From: Takakia lepidozioides
Taxonomy: Eukaryota > Plantae > Bryophyta
Assembly (NCBI GenBank): GCA_030704615.1
Contig: CM060732.1
Location: 77,252,001 to 77,316,000 of the forward strand
DNA length: 64,000 nt
Direction: 5' to 3'
Below the pieces are notes generated by a model, which was not told where the DNA came from, did no database searches, and saw only the letters and a list, made by a program, of their open reading frames with translations. The first letter of the stretch is position 1, and every line of letters starts with the position of its first letter. The position numbers were made by a program, and so were the translations under genes. Positions 24,204-34,288 of this stretch are shown here, one piece after another.

Positions 24204-27200
24204 TCACAGGTAAATGGCGGTGGGCTGTTCGGTGAGCTTGGTCTTGCAGATGGGACATAGCTTTTCCTCTGTCCAGATCTTCAGAGCACACTCTGTACAC
24301 ACACTGGCATGGTTGCAGGGGCTAAAACAAGCCCTCTTTCTGGCTGGCTCAACATCAGAGCAACCCAACTGCCTTTTCCGAGTCCGCTTGATGCCCTCTA
24401 CATCTTGAAAACAAATACTACACTCTGATGATCTGTGCAGCTCTTGCTCGGCCTCTGAAACCTGTTTCAACATTGCAGCCTCCGTAGCCTTGTGGTGTTG
24501 CTCCATGTCCTCCTCCTTCCTTTTATAGGAATTCACGGTTTGTTCAAGCTCATGCAACCCTTGTCTTGCCTCTTGCAACTCTCTCAGTAACTTAGCCTCT
24601 GTTTTGTGGTGCTTTTCCATGTTCTCTTTCTCTGTCTTGTGATGCTTCTCCAGGTCCTCTTTCTCTGATCTATTTATGTTCTCCACCTGCAATAGAGCCA
24701 CTGTAAACCATGACACATTACCAAACCATGGCAATAGTTTCATGAAGACAGACAAAGGGTTGCATAGAAGAGTGGGACAGTTTAATGAGGCATGATTGGA
24801 GGAAGCCACCAAAGAAATTGACGCAAGACATTACATATATCTACCATCAGTATAAATATGGCAGACTTTGTCTAACAAACCGGAGATGGAGGCATTAACT
24901 CCCAGGATTGAGAATTTCCCACATGAGAAACTTAATTCTAGTGAAGTCTTATCTAGTCACAATTTGCAAGATGAGAGTGTTCTACGAATGGCTCGGTGAT
25001 TGTCAGCGGTCTACTGTTTACAAAACGGAGATTCACCTTTTTTATGAGCCCAGCAGCAGATTCAATGGAAAATAACGATTGTAGGTTGAGTGTCTCTTTC
25101 TTGGTGACTTCAATGCGGTCCACCAACTTCATCCTTTGACACACCATTCGCTCCAAGATAGCCTCCCTTTCTTCTCGCATCTTCAGTAGGTACTGTAAGA
25201 TTCACAAGTAACTTTCAACAATACGACTCACCTAATTGTACAAATGATTGATGAACTTAGGGAGCTCTTGGCTCGATAACACCATGAGAGAGCATGAAAC
25301 AATGAACCCCTAAATCAAGCTTGAAGCCTTCTGAGAACTTGCACCCGGTGTTTTTGCAATGAGGGCGTCTTTGGAAAGCCCAAAGATTAGGGGAGAGAGG
25401 ACAGCTTTGCTTCACCGCAATATTGCTATGCACCTCACTGCAGAACTTCACCACCATTCGACCTCCCCAATGACTGACTCATACATGGTAGGCATCCAAC
25501 ATGCAGGAAGCAGGTAGGAGAAGAAAGATCCATATGTGTCAGACACACCACTACAGAAGGAGCACCTAAGAGAACCTGCAGTAAAGCGTTATGTTGCTTT
25601 GCTCTGAACTCCTCTAGTGATGAATGGAAGTTTTCTTGATGCTTGTCTAGCACCTCTTGCTCTGCCTTAGCCAGTTGTCTCTCTTGCAATACCAGCTCCA
25701 ATGTTTCTATCTCCATCCCTCCAGCTAGCCTTAACCTGTGCAACACAATTGGTGGAGCACACTTTAGCAAGCTCCCAATGCAGGCTTCTCTCTCAACTGT
25801 TACATGTCTGTGTTACTCACAAGACCGGCCCACACACTGCTAGACTCTTCTTCCAAAGAATATTACACTTTGCATGTCCAGCTTTGAGGACCGCAGTCTG
25901 CAATGGTTATGAGTGCATTTGCATGAGAAGAGATGAAGACACACAGAGAGGAAGATGGTCCATAGGTTCAAAATATTTTCCGAAGACCTGAGGCCTACTG
26001 TTACTGATACCTCAACCACTCCCCCTTAATTTGCCTCTCTGCCCACTGGCACCGCCTAGTTCAGCATTTCTTGTATGGTGAAGGTTGTGCTCGAGGTTCT
26101 GTTCATTTTTGGGAGTCTTCCCCCTTGCTTATGAGTTTAAATACACATATTCCCAGAAAGGAGGAACATTAATCTGTTACATCTACAGGTAGACAGAAAA
26201 AAAGGACTTATAATTTGTCTGGCATGAACAAGAGAGAGATGTGGTGGTAGTGATGGTTGGGGGGTAAGCACTACACCTACACTTTTGACAGAAGGTCACC
26301 TTTGACACCTGAGGTATGCAGCGACCTCACACGCTCCTCACACTCATTTGCCAGGAGCCTACCACTGTGGGTCCCTAGCTGCTGCAGCCACATCACTCTC
26401 GTGTTGTCTTCCTCCAAACATTCCGTGAATGCCTTTACCCGGCTACTCTCAGCCAGAAATACCTACAGAAGAACAATTGTTCAGCTTTGTGGGAGGTCGC
26501 TCCAGAGTTAAGATCCTCAAAAGTCAATGCACAGTCTTGTGGGTTCTTATGCCCTAAACAACTCACATCAATTGATTAACTCTGCACAGGGCAATCCAGA
26601 CTCTTGTGAAATTCTCAAGAGGCAGCTGCAAAACACGCCACTAGCCTCACACAAATTCTTTCAGATGAAAACCAAACAAGTCCAATCTTGATGGACAGGA
26701 TTAGGAGGTATAGCTACAAACAGATGATTTGAAACTGCGGCCTTTCTCTGCTTCAGGTCGGATTGCTCCACCTCGTCTATTCTCCTAGAAAGATCTGCAA
26801 GTGCTCCGAGTTGTGCCTTGATCTGCGATGGTTGATTTGCAATTTCATTTCCATAGTGGCCCTGCAAGTGAGTCATCACATGAATGTAGCTTTAATCATA
26901 ATATAAGTCGAATCTGAAATATAATATCCTGTCAGGTGCAGGTGCAGACAATAGAACAATGTCCTTATTAGGCTTTGCTAACAAAAGTCTGGTGGGCACA
27001 TAGAACCTGTGCCCAGTTTGAATTAGCAGTTTGAACTCCACCCAGTCTTCTGTATCAAGTGCCCTCAGTGTAAAACAAGAGGAGAGCAGTTGGTGAAGGG
27101 TGTGGCAGCATAGAGAGTCTAGACCGACAGACTTCCTTCAGACAGCTCAAATGAAACAAATCCAGACCAGAAGAAACCGCATTGCGTCGCCAAAGGGCCA

Positions 27201-27799
27201 CGAGAAGGTAGAACAACCCAATAACTACTTCCGGATGCATCCAGAGAGAGGAAATTAAACTTTGCCAGCCTTAACCTTGTCCCACGGCAGGTTTGGAAGG
27301 AGATGGGGAAGGGGAGAGAGATCGTTGCACAGACCTCATTGCAAGTAGGACGGACCCCGTTGACTGTTGCTGATTGCTCAGATTCATTTGGCGCATTCTT
27401 GAAGATCTCCAAGGGTGCCCATCCTCTCACACGTTTTTTGTCTGGGTCGATCTCATTCATGTCGGCTACAGTTGCATAAGAAAAATCCACGTAACTCCCC
27501 CCGGGTAAATACAACGTTTCCCCGAAGAGCTTTGTCAAACTCTTGGCAACCACATAGCTTCTTCCCGAAGGTGGGAAGGCATACACAAAAGTTTTCAAAT
27601 CTTGTTCTCCTCTTACATGCTCGAAACTTTCCCCATCAAACCGGTATTCCGGCGTGAACAGTCGGTCGAAGAGCAAACCCTGTATCCCTCTAGCTACATT
27701 CTCCGACGCACCACCAATATTCAGCAGTAAAACTGGTGGCCATACACACTTTCCATCGTCATCCCTCTCACCAACACTCTTCTCAGCAACATCCGCCAT
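24204..27799 (-). CDS. Multi-exon gene: XS-like N-terminus, coiled coil, C-terminal C3HC4 RING (putative E3 ligase)
   Basis: Last exon has CSIC...PCNHASVCTECA...CPIC. Internal exons (~26862-26740, ~26462-26277, ~25721-25577, ~25193-25036) are E/K/Q-rich. Exon 1 starts at ATG 27799 and contains CVWPPVLLLN. Exon boundaries are approximate. Confidence 0.7.
25260..25450 (-). mobile_element. Tiny decayed non-LTR RT fragment in an intron
   Basis: SNIAVKQSCPLSP resembles the RT motif GVKQGCPLSP. Confidence 0.4.
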
Positions 27800-28045
27800 G
27801 CTAACTTTGACTGCTCTTGCTGCTCGCTCCTGGAGTCTCTCACCACCCTCGCTCTCCTGGAAGAAGCAGCCCCTCCCAATGCTGTGATTGCCACCGACAC
27901 AATCTCTCCCATCTCACCAACACTCCATTTCCATTGCACGCGTATCGCTGCTCTCAATCACTCTGTGTACACAAATCAGCAAACAAAGCAGCAAATTCAG
28001 TCTTGCTAGTTTCTCACAACTCACAGGCCACTTCTTGCACTTTCA

Positions 28046-28065
28046 CTAAACCCTAAACCCTAAAC
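28046..28065. promoter_or_regulatory. Double telo-box (AAACCCTA) between the divergent RING and LURP-like genes
   Basis: ctaaaccctaaaccctaaac. Confidence 0.5.
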
Positions 28066-28502
28066 TTGTTTTTACTATCGAATCTATCAAGTGTCTTACT
28101 TGCTACTGTTTGAGGATCTGGTCCACCTACAGTAGCCCCTACTCAATATATTTCATCCAGATCTGATGAATTATTGGACCTCAAAAGGATGAGAGGGAAG
28201 GATTTTCTGGATGCAAAATCCATAGGTTAGATGTCATGGTCCAAAATACATCCATTTACTTTTACCGCATGAGTTTAGCCCGGTTTCAGGGTCAGGTTAG
28301 TATCTACGTGTTGATTTCTGTATGCGGTATTGTGGCTTTCTGTTTGCGTTGTAGCGTGGATCTATGGAAGGGTTGTGTCAGAGTGTAGTGCTGCCTTTGA
28401 TTTACAGGGGATACTGGCAATGCATTGATACGAGAGTCATTGGTTCCTTCTGTTGTTGGCACTGATTCTGCCTGCTGTCCGCCGTGTGACAAATTTCCAG
28501 CT

Positions 28503-29426
28503 ATGGCGACACCACACAGAGCTTCAGAGGTTGAGAAAATCAACGACCCGAACTTCATTGTTGAACTTGCAGTTGGGCCTCCTCTAGCCCCTCTCGTGCC
28601 TCAACAAGCAGGTGCTGGAGTAGAGCTAGGGGGAAGGTGTGTACAAACACCAAGCCGTTTCATTTTCAAAAAGGCACATCTCTCTGCAGATGATAACCGA
28701 ATTTTCAATGCGGAGACTGGCGAACTAGTTTGTTGCTCTCATCACTTTGGCAAGAATCCGTACGACAGCTTGGACCCTTTAGGCATTTCGAACCAGAATG
28801 AATCCTGGCAGAGGAGTCATATTCTTGGGGAGTGGGAATCTATTTGTCATGTCACTGGTTATCATGGTATGCCCAGCTTCAAGGTGAAGCCAAAAACTTT
28901 CTCAATGCACGGGCGGCAGTACATCATGGACCATAAAGGGGAGCGCACATTCTTCAATGTAGCGAAGCAGTCGCGGTTCAAGACGATGTCAATCAGGCAC
29001 AACCTGGTAGTTTGTAAAGGAGACAGCGAAGAAGCTGTTTATGTGATTTTGGTGGACATGGTCGGTCGAACAATGCAGATTGTGAATGAGAAAGAAGAGA
29101 GAATTGCACACATACAGAAGTCTATCAAGACCTTGATCATGAATGCTTCATTTGGGGCGGGGTCTGAGTTGATCATTGATGTCGCACCTGGAGTGGATTG
29201 GACGGCTATTTTGGCCATTATTATCGGGCTAAAGCAAGTTGGCGAGCATTTTCTGAAGGATGCTGTGAGTAACTTTGTTCTTAGTCCTGCACAGAATGCA
29301 GCTCAAGATTATGTGCTGGATCTAACTGGTATGGGGGGCGTAGCTGGGGAGGCAGGACAGTACACCGACCAGGCCATCCGCACTTTGAATATTTTCCAGT
29401 CTCTGATGAAAGAGTTCTACCACTAA
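28503..29426 (+). CDS. LURP-one-related / tubby C-terminal-like protein, intronless
   Basis: Uninterrupted ORF from ATG 28503. FKVKPKTFSMHGRQ and ELIIDVAPGVDWTAILAII resemble the LOR C-terminal 'V.pGvD...i.al' motif. Confidence 0.7.
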   Translation: MATPHRASEVEKINDPNFIVELAVGPPLAPLVPQQAGAGVELGGRCVQTPSRFIFKKAHLSADDNRIFNAETGELVCCSHHFGKNPYDSLDPLGISNQNESWQRSHILGEWESICHVTGYHGMPSFKVKPKTFSMHGRQYIMDHKGERTFFNVAKQSRFKTMSIRHNLVVCKGDSEEAVYVILVDMVGRTMQIVNEKEERIAHIQKSIKTLIMNASFGAGSELIIDVAPGVDWTAILAIIIGLKQVGEHFLKDAVSNFVLSPAQNAAQDYVLDLTGMGGVAGEAGQYTDQAIRTLNIFQSLMKEFYH

Positions 29427-30248
29427 AGTAGGACGTACTATGTTGTTACTGTAGAGCAGTGTTGGACATTGACTCTACTCAGGTCTAGCTTGGCAGTGTT
29501 CCTAAGGATTGACCAACAAAACTACCAGTACAACGCCCTTTTTCTCTACATGATCTCCAAACAGTGACCAAGCCTCTAATATTGCCTTGAGAGGGACAGC
29601 TCCTACTGTAGCAGAAGCCCTTTCTGTATGTTGGAACTCAAGGGAAGTGCCACCAAATTGAACTGTTCAATATACTACTCTATCTACACAGACCTTTCCA
29701 GTTTTGCACTTGTTTCTGCACTCGAGAGCAGGAAGCATCGAAGAATGACTATGTACCTGGAGTGGGGAGGTTTTAAGTGCTTTGGTGGAGGTGGAAACTG
29801 GGGGAAGTTTCATTGTGTCCCTTGCAGAGTATAACCGCATCCGGGGATGTTACTGACAGGGGGAGGGAGTGAAATTGTAAAGTGTTCTCACACGAGCGCT
29901 GTGTTTTCACGATTGCACCGGGACCGATTACGCTAGCCATGCATCACTCTAAATATGGTAAGTTAGTACAAATATATCAACAGGAGAAGCAAGCCCTAAA
30001 ATGCGACCCCCTCTAACTTGCACCCCAAGTCAAGGTCCAAGGTTAAAGGTGTGCAAGGACATAGACAACCGATGAGTGGCAGGTTACAATCGGAGGCACA
30101 TCAGAGCTGACTCTACAGTTGAGAGATCGAACTTATCAATTCGGGAATAGATCTTGTCATTGTTGTTGCGGAATGCAAAGAATGTGCCACTCATCTCACT
30201 CATGTGTTGTTTCAAAGCAGTTTGATAGAGGGTTTCAAGGCATTGCTG

Positions 30249-30607
30249 ATGGAGGCCGTTGAAGTTGATGGAAGCCTCTTAGAAGGAGCTGGTCAGGTGC
30301 TCAGAAACTGTGCAGCTTATGCTGCGGCAAGTCTGTTCACTTCATAAAGATCAGAGCAGAACGAAACCTGGTTTGAGACCACAACATCTCGAAGGATTAA
30401 AGCTTACTTCGAAAGTGACGCAGGGAACACTAGTGAATGCATACGAGAATTTTCGCAAGACGTTTGGTTCACTCCAGGCCGACTATCTGGTGATCTTTCG
30501 AATCAATGAGATAACCAGACACGTAGCAGATACAAAAACTGCTGGAGCTTGCTCTCTGCTTCTACAAGTCTCTTTGCCCATACTACTGTTCTCCCCCAAT
30601 AAGAGTG
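30249..30607 (+). pseudogene. Truncated, frameshifted duplicate of the RNA 3'-phosphate cyclase gene
   Basis: Colinear with 38210-38579 but with several small indels; breaks after ...aataagagtg. Confidence 0.92.
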
Positions 30608-31894
30608 TAGGGTTTAGGGCGAGCCCTCACCTTCCCACTCTCCTTCCCTATTGCGTTTGTCGCGCCCCTGGATGCGGACGGACGTCCATCCCCGATGGGC
30701 TTCTCATCCAATCTTCCCCGTTATTCGTCGCCTCCATCTTGGAACGGGGATCCAGCAGTCAATGTGAGCACATAGGGTCCGGCCATACTTGGCAGTTGAC
30801 CCGTGCGGCGCACGGAACTCTTTGGGAATCGCGCATTGGATTCCAGACGGTGCTGGAGCATGCGCTTTACTTACGGCCCAATCTTATGGGATAATGGCGA
30901 CGCATTGGTGCCCTTCATTTGGTGACGTTAGTATAGGCCCCACCTGGTTGTAGCCACGGCTATCGCCACTTGTACGGAATTTCCAAAACAAATCATTTGT
31001 ATTTCCAGTGGGCTTATTTCGTGGAATATAGTGCCACGTTGCTACTAGAGTGGCTTACGGAGTGTAAGCACCTCGCTCCGTAACGCTCCATCCCAGCCTG
31101 GCAAGACATTTTGTTTTTGAAAATTGGTTAGGGTGGGTAAGCAACCCAGGCGACTCGGAGGTGCTTCACGGGCACGCATTCTCCACGACTCTGGTGGCTA
31201 TTCCTGGGGAGGTTCTAGAACGAGAGGGCGATTCCCCGCGCCCACGTGTTCCTCCAGACGATCCCTAAAAACACAAAGGGAAAAAGCTGGGAAAGCTTTA
31301 CGTGGCTAAGTAAACGCTGACGCGTGCCGACTACCCTACGGTGGTTTCATCCAAGGCATGGGGTTGACCGTGGCATTGTGGCGGTCATCGTCGTTATCGG
31401 CAGCGCATTCATCCGAAAATGGTGTGCGGGATGGATGGTATGGAGGGGTTAAATAGGAGGCGAGAAGCGCGAGTGTGCCTACACACACGAGCTCGTCTTC
31501 TCAGACACGCCTGCGCAGCTCGAGATTTCTCTTCTCTGTTTGCAGGAATGGCTGTCCCCGCTCACAGCCAAGTTGGGCAGTCATGGAGGACCAGGAAGGA
31601 GGTGGTTCATAGTTGATACTCTCATACTTTGTGAGTCGAGTCTCCGTTTGTAGTTCGTCGTCTGTCAGCTTTGCTTGTGGTGGGTTCCCGCATTTGCACT
31701 CTAAGTTCCCCTCCCTCTCCCCCTGTGCTTCTCATCCAATGACGGGGAGAGCAGGATTCTCGAGGAATGCTGTAGTTGGAGTTGTAGTGGTGTTTTAATT
31801 GTGAGGCGGGAGCAGTGGGTACCGATGAAAAGCTGCGAAAGAAAGGGATTTTGAGATTGTCGTGGAAGAGCTTTGAGAGGAGTGTAGGCATCTG

Positions 31895-34036
31895 GTGGCA
31901 TTTTGTTGCAGTGGCTCCCCAGTCTGCGAAAACACGAGTGCTATGGCAGATCCTGTACCGAGTTCCATGGCTCTGTGGCCCCGGCTGCGACGTCGCGCCC
32001 GTGGTCGAAAGGGAGGGAAGTCCAAGCCAAATCCTTATGCTTCTCAAGGGCTGGAGAAGTTTGCTGTAGTATTTGCAGAGCTTGAAGCGAGAAGGACTTC
32101 AGTGGCTGAGAAAACCGGTACTTCCATCTCCGTGGTCAGATTCTTGTCCAGCCCTGCTAGAGGCCGGACTGCGTCCGGTTTTGCCCCGACTGTCGGCAAG
32201 GTCAAAACCTCGGATCAGGAGCTGGCCCCTGTTGTTCTCAAAGTCCAGCTACCCGCTTCGAATGTGTCCCTGGCCTCTGCTTCCTCATCTAAGGTGGAGA
32301 AGATTTTGTTGGGTTCCGAGTCTGCGGCTGCAGCCGAACTTTTTCAAGTAAGGAAAACAGGCTGCGATGTTAAGATCCAGAATGATGAACTCATGGAAGG
32401 AAAATTGGGTATTGAAGGAGGAGGTAAAGCCACCTCATTTGATAGTGCGATTTTCAAGGTGGATAGCGGCGACCTCAAGGTGATAACTGAGGAATCGAGG
32501 TCCGATGATGTCCGGATGAAGAGTGACTGTGTTTTTTTCGACAAGGATTTGCTGGCCAGTGCCGATCTTTCAAGGGAAGGAAGTGAGGAGACTGTAGATA
32601 GTCAGCCAGGTACTTCAAACCGAATACAAAGGCCAGAGCTTCCAGTAAAGGCTGTGAGGACTAGCCGAAGGCGGAGAGGATTGGCCATGTGTGTGCGGGA
32701 CAAGGGATGGAAACACGCCTCAAAGTCGGCAGTCGCATTGCTCGTATCTCTTGGGGCATTCTTTGTTGGCAAGATGGCAGAATTTGGAGGTTCTGTAACA
32801 GCTGCATTGACTTTTGGTGTCGTTATCAGGAGATGGCGTAGGGGAAGTTTTTATGCTAAGCGCCTCTTCTCTGCTATTGCCAAGTATCTGCTAGACCCGT
32901 TGCATTCTTACTTGGCTGTGCTCTCAACAATGCGTCTCACTCTAGGATCTGGATTGCCAAAAACTGAAGGCGAAGGAAGAATTGAGTTGGTCTCTGGTTC
33001 AGTGGCTTCTATTGGCAAGTCGGAGATCGAGATCGTCCGTCACCACAACTCAGACTTCGTCTTTCCTGTTCTGACTTTCGAGTCGTCCCCTCCCTCTCCG
33101 GTTATGCCGACCCCTTCATTGCAGGAGGCCATGGCATCATCGCCTGCGTCTGAGAATGGTTCGCCTCCACCGGCGTCTCCAAGAATGGAGGTGCCTTCGT
33201 ACACGATTGATAGTTCCTCTTCCTCTCCAACGCACGGTGGAAGCAAGCTCAGTCTGAAATTCAAGTCGAAATTTTTGAAGTCTTTCCCACCTAAGGCAGT
33301 GCGGGAAGAACCCCCTTTCAGTGCGCCTGCCAGTCCCCTGTCGCAGGATGGAGACCGGTACTTCTCACGGGCTTCTGCAGCCAGTGAGCATTGTGAATCA
33401 GATACTGCATCATCCGCACCCACACCATCCGGTAGGGGTTCTTCTGCAAAGCAGCATAAAAGTTTTCGCAGGAGAAAATCGGACACAAGCCCAACTCTTG
33501 AAGGTGGAAAAAGCCTGGCTCGGACGAGGGAGGGCCCACAGAGCAGACCAGGCGGCGCACTTGGTAAGTCAGGGCTGAGTCGTGTAAGAACGAGCACGTC
33601 CCAGCCAGAGAATACCATCAGCGTCCGGCAATCGGCACTTACTAATGTGAGAACGAGCTCAGTCGAAGAGAGGAAGGAGGTTAAGCGAGGCAAAGCGGAC
33701 GAGACTTGGGCAGCAGTGTGTTTACTGGTTGCACTGCTTTTCCTTTTGGTGGGGCGGATACCTGCAATCCTAGCAACGTCGTTCGCCTTCTTGATTCTAT
33801 CTCAGATTTATAGATTTAGAACTGGCAGATGGTCAGTGCAACAGAAAGAAGCATCCAGGCGAGCCATTGAAGCATCTAGAAAGCTAAGGAGGAGTTCTAC
33901 TCCTGGGAGCCCCAGGAGTCCGACCAGTCCCCTTAGTCTCCTTAGTGCAGGGGAGGGCGATATCTTCTCGATGGAGTATCGAAAACGGATTATCATGGAG
34001 GGTTTGCTCGAAAGGGGTCGGAAATCCACATGTTGA
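31895..34036 (+). CDS. Plant-specific ZCF37-like membrane protein, Ser/Pro-rich (first in-frame ATG 31943; an upstream exon is possible)
   Basis: 713-codon ORF. NPYASQGLEKFAVVFAELEARR resembles the ZCF37 motif. Two hydrophobic hairpins and a C-terminal SMEYRKRIIMEGLLER motif. Confidence 0.7.
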   Translation: MAFCCSGSPVCENTSAMADPVPSSMALWPRLRRRARGRKGGKSKPNPYASQGLEKFAVVFAELEARRTSVAEKTGTSISVVRFLSSPARGRTASGFAPTVGKVKTSDQELAPVVLKVQLPASNVSLASASSSKVEKILLGSESAAAAELFQVRKTGCDVKIQNDELMEGKLGIEGGGKATSFDSAIFKVDSGDLKVITEESRSDDVRMKSDCVFFDKDLLASADLSREGSEETVDSQPGTSNRIQRPELPVKAVRTSRRRRGLAMCVRDKGWKHASKSAVALLVSLGAFFVGKMAEFGGSVTAALTFGVVIRRWRRGSFYAKRLFSAIAKYLLDPLHSYLAVLSTMRLTLGSGLPKTEGEGRIELVSGSVASIGKSEIEIVRHHNSDFVFPVLTFESSPPSPVMPTPSLQEAMASSPASENGSPPPASPRMEVPSYTIDSSSSSPTHGGSKLSLKFKSKFLKSFPPKAVREEPPFSAPASPLSQDGDRYFSRASAASEHCESDTASSAPTPSGRGSSAKQHKSFRRRKSDTSPTLEGGKSLARTREGPQSRPGGALGKSGLSRVRTSTSQPENTISVRQSALTNVRTSSVEERKEVKRGKADETWAAVCLLVALLFLLVGRIPAILATSFAFLILSQIYRFRTGRWSVQQKEASRRAIEASRKLRRSSTPGSPRSPTSPLSLLSAGEGDIFSMEYRKRIIMEGLLERGRKSTC

Positions 34037-34288
34037 TCTCATATACAGACTCCTGCGTGAAATTGCGGTCGCTGGAAAGTTCCCCGCAAATTCAAAGGTC
34101 TCTTTAGTCAAGGTTTGCATCCAATGCTCATGAAGGAAGAAAGCAACTCGGGTGCGCAATGCCTTGAAGTGCGCCTGGATGACTGGCTTGGGTGTCCATT
34201 GTTTGAAACCCTTGAATGGGCAGAGAACTGAGGCGTTTTGGTCATCTAAACTCTGCCTGCTGTCCGCCGTGTGACATAATTTCTGGCT

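Noticed and set aside
30310-30894. 194-aa ORF as a novel RTC fusion protein
   Set aside because: A chance read-through of the frameshifted RTCA pseudogene into unrelated sequence; non-ATG start.
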